Shown here: piece after piece, positions 14,324 to 26,455 of the stretch
How the letters are laid out: each line of letters opens with the position of its first letter
How positions within the stretch are numbered: position 1 is the stretch's first letter
Assembly: GCA_951406725.2 (NCBI GenBank)
Contig: OX597827.1
Coordinates: 41,230,001-41,294,000 of the forward strand
Origin: Octopus vulgaris
Lineage: Eukaryota
DNA: 64,000 nt
Reading direction: 5' to 3'
Notes under the pieces: generated by a model
What the model was told of the DNA's origin: nothing
Databases searched by the model: none
What the model saw: the letters and a program-made list of their open reading frames with translations, nothing else
Made by a program: the position numbers and the translations under genes

Positions 14324-14519
14324 CATATTTGCACTTCCATCACTCCTCCAAAAATGACAGTGATAAATTCTGCTTTGATATTTCTTACGCTTTAGTTTTT
14401 ATTGCATATTTTGAACTCCTGTCATTTCTGTAATGCATTGCCAATAGACATCACTGCTACACGCTCACACACGCGGACGCGTGCACACAGCTTTATTATA
14501 TAAATTGTTACAGTATAGA

Positions 14520-14735
14520 AGGCGGCGAACTGGCAGAAACGTTAGCACGCCGGGCGAAATGCGTTGCCGTATTTCGTCTGCCGTTACGTTCCGAGGTCGA
14601 CTTTGCCTTTCATCCTTCCGGGGTCGATAAATTAAGTACCAGTTACGCACTGGGGTCGATGTAATCGACTTAATCCCTTTGTCTGTCCTTGTTTGTCTCC
14701 TCTGTGTTTAGCCCCTTGTGGGTAGTAAAGAAATA
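14520..14735 (+). mobile_element. Young Meta/MESC-core SINE with 23-bp target-site duplication
   Basis: Head 'ggcggcgaactggcagaaacgttagcacgccggg', core 'gcctttcatccttccggggtcgataaattaagtaccag', and TSD 'tatataaattgttacagtataga' at 14497-14519 and 14736-14758. Confidence 0.92.
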
Positions 14736-15077
14736 TATATAAATTGTTACAGTATAGATTATTAATGCACACACACATAAAATCCTACGTGGGTATGATC
14801 ATGTTATGTCTGCATCTATGTTTATACCAGCATTATTGTAGGTATACAGTTGGAAAGTAATAAGAAAATTTTACTACAAACGCGAGCATATTTTTTTAAT
14901 TAAATGATCGTTTATAATTTATAGTTGGCGCAACTTCCCAACGCTCAGCGGAATAACGGTGTTGGAAATTCTGAGTAACTTGTGTTCTAACTTGTTGGTA
15001 AAATAGAAAGAGAGAATCATGCTACATATGTATACATGTATGTACATGTAAGAAATATACCATGTTATGTATATAAT

Positions 15078-15470
15078 TTGACTGCAGCCATGCTGGAGCA
15101 CCGCCGTGGAGGGTTTTAGTCAAACAAATGACTCCAGGACTTTTTAAAAGCCTAGTACTTATTCTATCGGGGATATAAAAGCACCAACACCGGTTGTCAA
15201 GCAGTTACGAGATGGGTGGGGGCAAAGACACACGACGGGCTCTTTTGCCGAACCGCTAAGTTACGGGAACGCAAACACACCAACATCGGATGTCAAGCGA
15301 TGGTAGGGGGACGAACAAACACACACACACACACACACGGCTGGCATCTTTCAGTTTCTGCCTACCAAATCCACTCACAAAGCTTTGATCTGCCCGAGGT
15401 GTCACGCAGTGGGACTGAACCCTAAACCGTGTGGTTGGGAAGCAAGCTTCCTACCATGCAGCCACTCCTA
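15078..15470 (-). mobile_element. CORE-type SINE with internal rearrangement
   Basis: Reverse complement of the adjacent plus-strand copy; the 'caccaaca...tgtcaagc' segment occurs twice. Confidence 0.85.
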
Positions 15471-15489
15471 TAATATATATAATATATAT

Positions 15490-15900
15490 AGGCGCAGGAG
15501 TGGCTGTGTGGTAAGTAGCTTGCTTACCAACCACATGGTTCCGAGTTCAGTCCCACTGCGTGGCAACTTGGGCAATTGTCTTCTGCTATAGCCCCGGGCC
15601 GACCAATGCCTTGTAAGTGGATTTGGTAGACGGAAACTGAAAGAAGCCTGTCGTATATATGTATATATATATAAGTGTGTGTGTGTATATGTTTGTGTGT
15701 CTGTGTTTGTCCCCCTAGCATTGCTTGACAACCGATGCTGGTGTGTTTACGTCCCCGTCACTTAGCGGTTCGGCAAAAGAGACCGATAGAATAAGTACTG
15801 GGTTTACAAAGAATAAGTCCCGGGGTCGATTTGCTCGACTAAAGGCGGTGCTCCAGCATGGCCGCAGTCAAATGACTGAAACAAGTAAAAGAGTAAAGAG
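15490..15900 (+). mobile_element. Full-length CORE-type tRNA-derived SINE (Octopus OR-like)
   Basis: A-box-like 'tggctgtgtggt', B-box-like 'agttcagtccc', CORE-like 'gtggcaacttgggcaattgtc', internal (TA)/(TG) tract and tail 'gaaacaagtaaaagagtaaagag'. Confidence 0.9.
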
Positions 15901-16734
15901 ATATATATGCCACTTAAAATGGTAAACAAATTTATCATAGACCTATTAATGATGGCGATGGTGATGATGAATTATATAGGTGGCAATCTGAATGATTATG
16001 ATCTTTTGTCATAAGTAATTTAAAACTTCAACTTGTTTGTGAAGTAACCTACATATTTGAGTTGTTTTTGACGTATGCTCTATATTTTAGAGACCACAAG
16101 GGTAGTCAATATGTTGTAGAAAATGTTTTGTCAAGATGCAGCGCGCACGCCAATTAATGTGTTACGCGCGCGCGTGTGTGTGTGAGAGAAATTTTCTGTG
16201 ACTACGGTTTCTATGTATAAAAAAGAAGCTAGAAAAGGAATAGTTTTTATAAAAAATGCGATTGGGTGTTGTGTCACAAAGAGTCACTTAACGATCCGAT
16301 AAAACCACCAGAATGAAATGTGTATTGAGCCCTGTGTAAGTCTTGAAGGCATTTTCGAAGTGTGGTCGTATTTCAACGACTGATAGCTTTAACAGAGTAA
16401 ATTTTTCGCTTTTGTATTTGGCTTGCAAGATTCTTGATGAGAACTCGTGTGTTGAAACAAACTTTGTATCTTGGTTGGGTCATGACGCCAATAATAACGC
16501 ACTCGTTCAAATTCACTTCTTTAATATTAGCGAGTCGGTTATTTAACTAAGCGATGGCTTGTTCAAGAAGACGGTTAATCAATTAATCACTTATTTGCCG
16601 TAGTTCTTTCGTCGCCATTCGCCATCTTATAAATGACATGGCCTCTCTCCTCCGAGCGCTGGAACATTTATTTTGAACTTAACTCTTTTCTTTATTTCTT
16701 CTCTCTCTCCTGGTCTCTCTCTTACTTTTTTTTT

Positions 16735-17055
16735 TTACTTGTTTCAATCATCTAACTGTGACCATGCAATTCTAAGGGTAGCAACTATCGACAGTTAATG
16801 TGGCGAAATGCTAAGTTTCGGGACATAACCAAAGTGCTTTCTCTCGTGCGGTGAAACGTGCAGCCAAACATGGGGACAGACACGCACTAACATACTTGCT
16901 TGCAAACACATACACACACAACGGGCTGTGACAGTTTCTCTCTACTAAATTCACTCACAAGGTATTGGCCTGCTCGGTTCTTTAGCAGAAGACATGCCCA
17001 AAGTGCCGCGCAATGAAACTGAACTCAAAATCAGGTTTCTTAATTACAAAGCCAC
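16735..17055 (-). mobile_element. Older CORE-type SINE copy
   Basis: 'aaattcactcacaagg...agaagacatgcccaaagtgccgcg' matches the family. Confidence 0.75.
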
Positions 17056-17077
17056 ACATATATATATATAAACATTC

Positions 17078-17115
<38 letters not shown>

Positions 17116-17297
17116 AACATTTTCTATATATATTCTCTCTTTATATATAAACATTCTCTCCCTCTCTTTTATAAATATACATACATACATACATTATATT
17201 TATATATAAACATTCTCTGTCTGTCTGTCTCTCTCTCTCTCTCTCCCTGTATATATATATATATATATAAAAACATTTTCTCTATATAAATAAATAT

Positions 17298-17329
<32 letters not shown>

Positions 17330-17350
17330 ATTTTCTCTCTATATAAATAA

Positions 17351-17443
<93 letters not shown>

Positions 17444-17452
17444 AACATTCTG
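17056..17452. repeat. Compound (TA)/(CA)/(CT) microsatellite with a recurring 'tataaacattct' spacer
   Basis: Seen directly. Confidence 0.9.
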
Positions 17453-18173
17453 TATAAAATTGAATTGCCTAAATTTCAATAATCAAGAGTGTTTGCATTC
17501 GTAATTTTGCTTAACAGTTCCATTGCACTGATCATTTGGTTGGCCTTTTAAAGAACTATTGTTCTTACATCTATTGAACTAGCAAACTTTCAGCAGTAAG
17601 TGCCAAACTCCAAGGCCTCTGACTTGTGGGAATATTTTCCTTATCAGTTTGTTCATTGATAAAGCAATTACCGAACCAGAAATTTTTTTCTTTTTGTTCC
17701 TCCCCAACATTTTTCAATACACAGTCAATTGCAACATGCGAATATCGATATTCATAATTACATATAACTCCCATATTTCAACATGCGCACATGTGCAATA
17801 TGTCCCAGCATTGTTCATTGTCCACGAATGAACAAGAGAGAGCATTAGGTACCTTCTCGCGACTCGAATTTCATGCCACAGCGATCGTCAGGCCAGAACT
17901 CCTCTCTCTCTCTCTCTTTCACACACACACTCTCTATCTCTGTTTAATTTCCTATATCTATTGGAAATTAAAAGGACCAAGATATGGTGTTAGGGGCTAA
18001 GCTGAGACCGAAGCGTACCCATACTTTTTCTTTTCTTTTCCTAAGCTTATTTATTCAACTGTGAAATTCTTAAAAATTACATATTGCCATCTCATTCTGA
18101 GTCATTAACAGTTCGTACCACAAATATTTTCTTTCTTCAAATTTTAGTAAAGGATATACATTATCGTGTACGT

Positions 18174-18257
18174 CAGGCATGGGCAAACCTTTTTGTGAAG
18201 CACGTCACGTGAGATATGACTCATTAGCAGGAGGGTTGCGTAGTTTGCCCATGACTT
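18174..18257. mobile_element. 84-bp hAT-like MITE
   Basis: TIRs 'caggcatgggcaaac' and 'gtttgcccatgactt'; 8-bp flanks gtgtacgt and gtgtgcat match at 6 of 8 positions. Confidence 0.7.
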
Positions 18258-18327
18258 GTGTGCATCATTCAGTACACCCGTTCTCCTTTATCTCAGAGAC
18301 AGGGATCAAATTGTTGCCCACAGCCAC

Positions 18328-18915
18328 CAGCTCCGTCGCGTGACTTTTACAGGCCCCCTGCAACCTATTGTTTTGAGGTCCCATCCCTTCAAGCAAAATT
18401 CATAATCTACGCACCTTTTATTCATAGCTATATTTTACTTCTATTTGAAGTTCAATATTTCACGTTATCCTAAAGAACATCTTTAAAGGTACAAGTTAAA
18501 ATTATTTATGTCGATTGCAAATTTCAATAAGTAAAAATCCCAGATATGAATAGAAGAGCACTTTTATAAACCAGGCAACTTTCAAAGACAAACACGGTGC
18601 ACTTATCGCTTCGCGAAATCATCGATTACTTCAGAATAATCAAGCTGAGAGCTAAGTTCGTGTTCAATTGATATCATAGGCAATACACAAAGTCTGGTAC
18701 ACGTAAGTGGTACAATGTAATATTTTTTTCAAAAACTTTTGCAGGTACACTGTATTGCTGTTTTATCTCTTGAAATATTCAGTTAACATAGTTTAATTCT
18801 TGTTTAACATCTTAACCAAAGTAAATAGAGGGCTTATCTACGTACTTTGATTTCAACGTGGGGCCCCTCAACTGCAGAGAACCCCTGCGACCGCAGGGGT
18901 TTAGCGACGCCCCTG
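18328..18915. mobile_element. Possible old MITE with GC-rich ends
   Basis: Imperfect TIRs 'cagctccgtcgc' and 'gcgacgcccctg', with subterminal ggcccc motifs at both ends. Confidence 0.35.
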
Positions 18916-18979
18916 ATAGTCACTAATCCTTTCAAATCAAACAAATTTTTAACTTCTTGAAATTACGTCCCAGTGTTTT

Positions 18980-19190
18980 ATTTTTTATTCGTTTGTCATT
19001 TGGCCGCGGTCATGCTGGGGCATTGCCTTGCGGAACTTTTAGTTGAATGAATCGATGCTAGTACTTTTTTAAAAACCTGGTACTTATTATAGCTGTCACT
19101 TTTACCGAACTGTTCAGTTACGGGGACGTAAACACACCAACACCGGCTGCCGAACAGTGGTGGTGGGCATACACAGACACAACGACACTT
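18980..19190 (-). mobile_element. CORE-type SINE 3' half; 5' half lies at 20260-20425
   Basis: Family homology; the copy is split by the TIR element at 19216-20239. Confidence 0.8.
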
Positions 19191-19215
19191 ACTCAAACAT
19201 AGGATCTAGTCTTTT

Positions 19216-20239
19216 TCATTCGCAAAATGAGCCTCCTTTAATTTTGCTCTGCTTGCTTTCAATGTTGGTGTATCGATGCACCAACCAATTACTTCATCTC
19301 TTTAATTAAATGAATCAGATGATATTTGGAATTAAAGTTGGGAAATTTGGATAATTTTAGCCAATCAACAGACAGTGAGACATTAACAGCTTGTTACCAC
19401 GACAACCACATGTTGTGTTGATTCTTCACTCCACCAGATTTACTTCACCTGCGTGTTTCGTTTCAATAAAAAATTATATTTATATTAGAATTTTATTATA
19501 GATATTTTTCGTCAATTGTCTTAATATTTTTCATATAGCAAAAGTTGTTTGCGATGTCTATACAGTTTCTTGGCATTATGAAGGTGAATGGAATATGCGA
19601 ACTTAGTACAGATAATTTGACATTATTTTTGAATTCTGCATGCAAAAACATATAAGATACAAATATTATTTTTATTGGAACAAATTCTTTGTTGACCAGT
19701 GTTATTCTTATCGTAGTTTACAAATCCAAGCATGAAAACGTTACTCAGCTGTGAAGTTTTGGAGACAGACGTCCTCTTTTCACACGCGCTCTCGCTTATA
19801 TAAATGATTTGTACAAATACATGACAGGTATACATAATACTGCAGCAATACGCATAAAGTAAACAAACACATGCAGACAAATATTAATGACAAATTTAAT
19901 GAATAATAAAAACATATAATCAATGAAGAGACAAAAGAAACAGTAAGATGATACATGTTGATTTTATTAGGTATTTCTGTTTATTTAGAAACCTACAATG
20001 AACAGGTCATTTCACAGATGCTAAACTACAAATTTCACGGGGTACAACATTCAAGTTGACACCGCTCCGCTAAATACAGAAAATTTCTGTCACGCTATTG
20101 GCTAAAAAATAGGTTTTTTTTTATTTGTTTCTTCTCCACAGTATCATACCTTCATAGCAATTAGACTGGAAAACTATATTATTATAGCCGATTTTCAGAT
20201 TTTTCTTTACTGTCTTTTAAAAAGATATTTTGCGAATGA
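19216..20239. mobile_element. Non-autonomous TIR DNA element of about 1 kb, copy 1
   Basis: Perfect 13-bp inverted ends 'tcattcgcaaaat' and 'attttgcgaatga'; interrupts a SINE; second copy at about 39500-40850. Confidence 0.75.
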
Positions 20240-20634
20240 CCCCACCCCCCAGATTCCAAACACATACACACAATGGGCTTCTTTCAGTTTTCGCCTGCCA
20301 CTCTCAAGGCTTTGGTCGGCCGAGGCTATAGTTGAAGACACTTGCCTGAGGTGCCACGCAGTGGACTGAACTCGGAACCATGTGGTTGGGAAGCAAGCTT
20401 CTTACCACATAGGTACGCCTGCATCTTCAGTTAGGATATTGTTTCTCTTCTCTCTTCGCCAGGGAAATTTTGATAAAGACATTCACTTCCATCCGCCGTT
20501 GACTTTGCCTTCCAGATTTTTGCAACTGGCTGCATGGCTTTATTTTGCACACACACACACACAAGATCTGCGAGGAAGGTGCAGAAGTACATAGTAAATA
20601 AGCTTTGGAATTTCCTGGAAAATCTCAGATCCCG

Positions 20635-20672
<38 letters not shown>

Positions 20673-21106
20673 TTTGTGCATTGGTATCGAACAACGTGGT
20701 TGCAAAGCACGCTTCTCGATTCATACAACCATATCTAACGTTTACTTTTAATGTGAAAAAGATTACACATCCAGATCTAAAGGCTATTATATATTTCAGC
20801 TTTATGGTTGAGAAGAAAGAAAAAAAAAAACAACAAACAATATCAGACTAGTTTTCTAGTACACACACACAACGTGCTTTTCTATGCCTCATATTTAACA
20901 AAAGCCGAGTGTCTTTTTTTCTAGATCTCATGCTGTTTCTACTTAGTAGAATTAGAGAAGATCAGCTTGTATGGTGTTTCAGAATGTAATAAGCTCTAGT
21001 GAGTTAAAGAGTAAGATAAAAATAGTTACCATATAGGATATGAAGAGGGGAAAAATACAGTTTTTATCGGTTAAAATATGCACCTCTCCCAAATATTTAT
21101 TACGCA

Positions 21107-21540
21107 CGCACACGCAGTCTCTCTCTCCCTCTCTCTCCAAACGTATACTAATCCGGATTTATATTATAAAATTTTCAAACCACATGTTGAATCTTTGTAC
21201 ATAGGTCAGTTAAAATATTGTATGCTTACATTTGTTCAAGGTCTGAAATTGTGTAGGACTTGTTTGTCTTGTCTTTTAAATTAACCCTCGTATCAAATCC
21301 TGATCAAGCTGATATGCCATGAAACGCACACACAGTCTCTCTCTCTTTCTCTCTCAACGTATACTAATCCGGATTTATATTATAAAATTTTCAAACCACA
21401 TGTTGAATCTTTGTACATAGGTCAGTTAAAATATTGTATGCTTACATTTGTTCAAGGTTTGAAATTGTGTAGGACTTGTTTGTCTTGTCTTTTGAATTAA
21501 CCCTCGTATCAAATCCTGATCAAGCTGATATGCCTTGAAA
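21107..21540. repeat. Tandem duplication, unit about 216 bp
   Basis: 'acgtatactaatccggattt' at 21141 and 21357; the units are near identical. Confidence 0.95.
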
Positions 21541-21829
21541 AGCGGTCCAGCTATGACCATCCATTTCAACCTTAATGTGTGTAAACTCTATTATCCTATA
21601 ATCCGTTACATCCTGCCATTCTTAGGTTTCTCTTGGTCAGTTTTAAAGCTGTTTAACCTTGTCAACCCTGATTGAATAGTCATTCTTGTTTTGACCACTC
21701 CTTGTCGTTTCTTTATTTAAGATGATAGGGTGTGGTCGATGGAAGTTTGGCTGTTATTTCTAGCAAGGCGAATGACTTAAAAATGTGCCATCGTGTTAGC
21801 TCGATTTATTTAGTTTGAGTTAAAGAAAT

Positions 21830-22195
21830 CTTTTATCGTTTACTGCGGTCATGCTGGGGCACCGTCTTGAAGGGTTTTAGGATGAACAAATTGACCCTAT
21901 GCTCATTATTTTAAAGTCAAGTACGTCTTCTCTCAGTCTCTTGCCAAAATGCTCAGTTCCATTTTATATTCTAACTGACATATGTACATGGACGTAAACA
22001 AACCAATGCCGGTTGTCAGGCGGTAGCGGGGGACAGACACACACACGTCGGGTTTCGACAGTTTCCATCTAACAAATTCACTCACAAGGCATTGGTGGGT
22101 TCGAGTTCATTGCAGAAAACACTTGCCCAAAGTGCCGCGTAACGAGGTTGAACCCGAAACCACGTGACTGCAAAGCGAGCTCCTTAACCACACAC
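21830..22195 (-). mobile_element. Older CORE-type SINE copy
   Basis: Family homology ('aaattcactcacaaggcattgg', 'acttgcccaaagtgccgcg'). Confidence 0.75.
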
Positions 22196-22517
22196 CTATC
22201 AGTGTTTATTTCTTTTCTTTCTTTCTATAATTAACACAGCTGTTAAATTCATTGGGGAATTGACAGCGACCAGGGGCGCAGTTGTGCGACGAAAATTTCA
22301 ACATCTCATGAAAGAAATCTAAATCTGAGGTTTTAGTTTTTGCTCTTTGTTATCTGAAGTCGATGATGGAGGATATTCATCGGAAAGAGACTGGTTATAT
22401 CTTTCTCTTAGAGTATTAACTGTGCATGTGAACCTGGCTCAGTGGGCTTATATTTGAAATGCTTTCGCTGATCAGCCCCACACCGTGTGTGTGTACGTAC
22501 ATACTTACACACACACA

Positions 22518-22642
22518 CAGCTGTGTGGTAAGTAGCTTGCTTACCAACCACATGGTTCTGGGTTCAGTCCCACTGTGTAGCGCCTTGGGTCGACTAAAGC
22601 TTTGTGAGTAGATTTGGTTGACGGAAACTGAAATGAAGCCCG

Positions 22643-22645
<3 letters not shown>
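22518..22645 (+). mobile_element. CORE-type SINE 5' half; 3' half lies at 23405-23600
   Basis: Head 'ctgtgtggtaagtagcttgcttaccaaccacatggttc'; split inside its (TA)n tract. Confidence 0.85.
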
Positions 22646-22687
<42 letters not shown>

Positions 22688-22810
22688 ATTGCAGCGTGGA
22701 AGGTGTTTATAAGCCATTTAAGAAACACACAAAAGCCGTTCGATTCACTTCAACATTTAAGTTTAATTTGTCAAAATATTTTCGTCGCTAAAATCCGCGA
22801 CCTGTTCACT

Positions 22811-22814
<4 letters not shown>
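22688..22814 (-). mobile_element. Short Penelope-like insert with a hammerhead motif
   Basis: Sits between (TA)(CA) and (TA)n tracts inside a SINE and contains a minimal hammerhead fold. Confidence 0.55.
22769..22814 (-). ncRNA. Minimal type-I hammerhead ribozyme motif, G3-C8 core variant
   Basis: UGUCA-GUGAACA-G-GUCGC-GGAUUUUA-GCGAC-GAA-AAUAUU-U-UGACA: 5-bp stem I, 5-bp stem II, GAAA, palindromic stem III. Confidence 0.65.
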
Positions 22815-22855
<41 letters not shown>

Positions 22856-22858
<3 letters not shown>

Positions 22859-23383
22859 CTTCTCCCCTCCCCCTCTTCTCCTCACTACACCACACGACTT
22901 TACACATCACATCATATATGATGTGCCATACTAATACATACACCAACCCTATACATACACACGTCCAGACCCCTCATACGCACTTATACTCTCTCATACA
23001 CACACACACACACACACTTATACATACTAATACGTACTAATACATACTAATACATACACCAACCCCATACATACGCCTGTCCAGACCTATCCTAGGGTCA
23101 TTCAACCCTATTATCTCCCCTTATTTCGCTCTCGCGTCTCATGTTTGATCTTTGACCTCTGGCCGAAATCAGATCGCCATGTTGATTCGTTAGTTACTGC
23201 ACGCATTTTTTTTCTCTCCTTCTTTCTGTGTTTTTTTCTCTCTGTGTATCTTTCTGTTGAAGAGCGTAGGCTCGAAACGTTAAAGACTTGTTTTATTTAT
23301 ATCTCCTGAGCGCCATACTAATACAATTGTTTGTTTGTTTTCCACCTGCCTTCGTCTTTTGTCTATTTTCATAAAGCTTCCCG

Positions 23384-23385
<2 letters not shown>
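22856..23385 (+). mobile_element. Penelope-like terminal fragment
   Basis: Flanked by (TA)n; hammerhead motif at 23249-23286; 'gccatactaataca' repeated at about 22925 and 23312. Confidence 0.55.
23249..23286 (+). ncRNA. Minimal type-I hammerhead ribozyme motif, A6U variant
   Basis: UCUUU-CUGUUGA-A-GAGC-GUAG-GCUC-GAA-ACGU-U-AAAGA. Confidence 0.65.
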
Positions 23386-23430
<45 letters not shown>

Positions 23431-25033
23431 TGTACCCGTGTTTGTCTCCCCATCGTTTGACAATCGATGTTGGTGTGTTTACGTCCCCGTAACTTAGCGG
23501 TTCGGCAAAAGAGACCGATAAAGAATAAGTCATGGGATCGATCTGTTCGACTAAAGGCGGTGCTCCAGCATGGCCGCACTCAAATGACTGAAACAAAAAG
23601 GATTTTCAATCGCATATACATATATAATGCGATTGAAGTCACCTTGCGATTCCCAGAACATTTTTTCGTCTAAAGGAATTCGACTGGGTAGAATTTCCTT
23701 CAGCTTTCGTTTTTCTTTGATGCCTTTAAAATCGTTATTAATTTCGTTATCTTGTGCAATAGCTGCTGCTTTATTTTTCTAATTTCTAAGCTGAGCATCA
23801 AAAGCTTGGGCTGTTAGGAGTTATTTAACATTAGCTCAACTTTTGATACTTAAAAAACAAACAAACAAAAAACAAGGTGGTCATGCCTGGAATTTCTTTG
23901 ATCATAGCTTTGCTTAATCAAAAAGTGCTTCGTCTAATGTGTAATTCTTGTTTTAAAAAGAAAAAAAAGTAAAAAGGAGAAAAGCCATGTATGTGAAGGA
24001 GGTTAGAGCTGCTATTTCTTGCTGTTCGAACGCCCATGTAGAGGCACTAATATTGGCTCACCAGCTCTTAGAAATTGTTTGTGGGGTGGAAAAGATGATG
24101 TGTGGATTTGAGCTCACAATAGTTTCTGTGAGATGCTTGTCTTATGGCATTAGTTTTCCTTGTGGTTTAAAGTGCCCTGGGGCACAGAGACACGGATGTA
24201 AACTGCAGCTCCATGAGCTAGCTCTTACCTGTTTGACACCTGCACTATTTAAATATTGGAGACCCTGAAGCTTCAGTATGTGTGTGTTTTCAAAGCAGCC
24301 TTAACACCCTTGCTTAAACAAGTTTATGATACATCAGAGAAAGCATATTGCTAAACCCAGTCAACGCTAAAGCATTCCAACCACGACTACCCCATCTTTT
24401 GTCTTTCACACGGTGAGCTACCTTATCCATTGTACCTTTATCTGAGACGACAGCGTGTGATTCGAAGGAGATTTGGCTGCTGTTTCTAGCAAGTTGCGAA
24501 CCTTGAAAACTTGACGTAGTAGGGGCTCGCTCCTGCGCGCGCGCGCATGTGTGAGTGTTAAAAGATATTTTGATTTCCCACTTCCTGGCCATGTGTTAAA
24601 TAACGAGAATCCAGGGAAACTGGTAAAGCCTGCATCGGCAAAAATCGCATTCATTTATACGTGTTAGATCTCTTTAGAAAAAAAAAAAAAGAACCTCCTC
24701 TATCAACTTCAGGCTCAGCTCAAAGTCATGTGTACTCGTTTTTTCAAAGTAGGAGAGTCTATTCTTTCTCTCTCTCTCTCTCTCTTTTTTTGTATTGAGA
24801 GGGAAGGAATGAAAGAGTGAGGAAAAGTGAAAAGTAAGATATATTGGAGATAGGTAAACGGAAAGAAAGAGTGGCAGAAAAGCAGCCAGAATGTTAGAGA
24901 AAGGCAACGACCACTTTTTATGCTAAAAATCACTGCTAGAATATATTTTTTATTTTACTTATATGCTTGAAGGAGAGAGAAAGAGAAAGCTTGCTTTATA
25001 AATTCCCCCCCAAAAAAGCTAGTAAATTATGAA

Positions 25034-25065
<32 letters not shown>

Positions 25066-25810
25066 TATCTTGCTTATCCTTTTGGCATTTCTTATCGCAC
25101 TCTTTCACCAAACATCAGGTGGGCATTTTTTTTTCTTCCCTTCTTTCATACTACTTTCTGTCAGTTTTCGTCTGTGTGCCGTCTCTCTTTCCCCCCCCCC
25201 CTCCTATGTCTCCCCTTATTATGCTCAGTCACTCTCTTTATATCTCTGACTTTCTCTCTACTTCTCCGCAATTCTCTTTTTCTGTCTGTCACTCACCAAA
25301 CACACCAACACACAACTTCCCCCCTTCCTTTCACCCTCTCTCTCTTTCTTTGTTCCTCCTCTCAACAGTTTGGCTTTTATCTCTTTCTCTCTTTTCTTGC
25401 CAACTGAATGAAAAGTACCATTTTATGTTACCAATGCCTCTCACTCGTCCTCCTCAATGCTGATAGACTCTGAAAAGAAAAAAGTATTTTCTGGAAATCT
25501 AAATGCGTGTGTGCGCGCTTATGTAGAGTATGTGAATGAATGCCAAAGAATGCAGGGAGATAGATAAGTTTGAACCAAATTATGGTGTATGTACGATATT
25601 AGTGAAACTATCGAGGGAGAGGGGGCGAGAGATTGTAAAGTCAGTTGCTTTCTCTGTGTGTATGTATATGTGTGCGTGTGAGAAATTGCTAGAAAGAAAT
25701 GTTAACTGAGTCATGTTATTTATGTTGACAAGTAAAATCTAAAAAGGATGGTAGCTGTGTGTGTGTATGTGTGTGTGTGTGCTTGCAGGAAGGAGAGCTT
25801 TGTTTCTTCC

Positions 25811-25861
<51 letters not shown>

Positions 25862-26264
25862 AAACAACCACTCCTGTTAAGTGGTGTGATGGTAGGCTGG
25901 TGGTGGTGGTGAGAGGGGGAAACATCATTACTATTATTATTAGTATTAGGCTAAGTTGAGTGTCAGAAATGGTTGTACACTGAGTTAAGCTACATGCTAG
26001 TTCTTATGCGTTCTGAGGTCAAATCTTACCAGGGTATGTATGGTCTGTTTACATTGCTTTTCATTTCTCTTTGTTGATAGAATTTTTGGTACCAGACAAG
26101 CATTGGGAACAGTTTTGCTCTCACAATCCTCCATCAAAAAAAATCTTATGACTTTTGTGTTAACTCAGAAATAATTTTATTTGGGTGGTTGGTGAATGGG
26201 AATAAAAAGGGTAGTGAATTAGGTTGAAATATGCCTTGTGGATAAATAAATATGTAGTTATATT

Positions 26265-26424
26265 CACATGCTGGAGCACTGCCTTAAAGGGTTTTTTTTA
26301 GTTGAAGAAACCGGCTCCAAGACTTATTCTTTGTAAGCCTAGTACTTATTGCATTGGCATCCTTTACTGAACTGCAAAGTTATGGGGACATAAACACACC
26401 AACATCGGTTGTCAAGTGATGGTG

Positions 26425-26455
<31 letters not shown>

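Noticed and set aside
17480-17850. Minus-strand coding-like remnant (MGVICNYEY...)
   Set aside because: Bounded by stops and not assignable to any family by eye.
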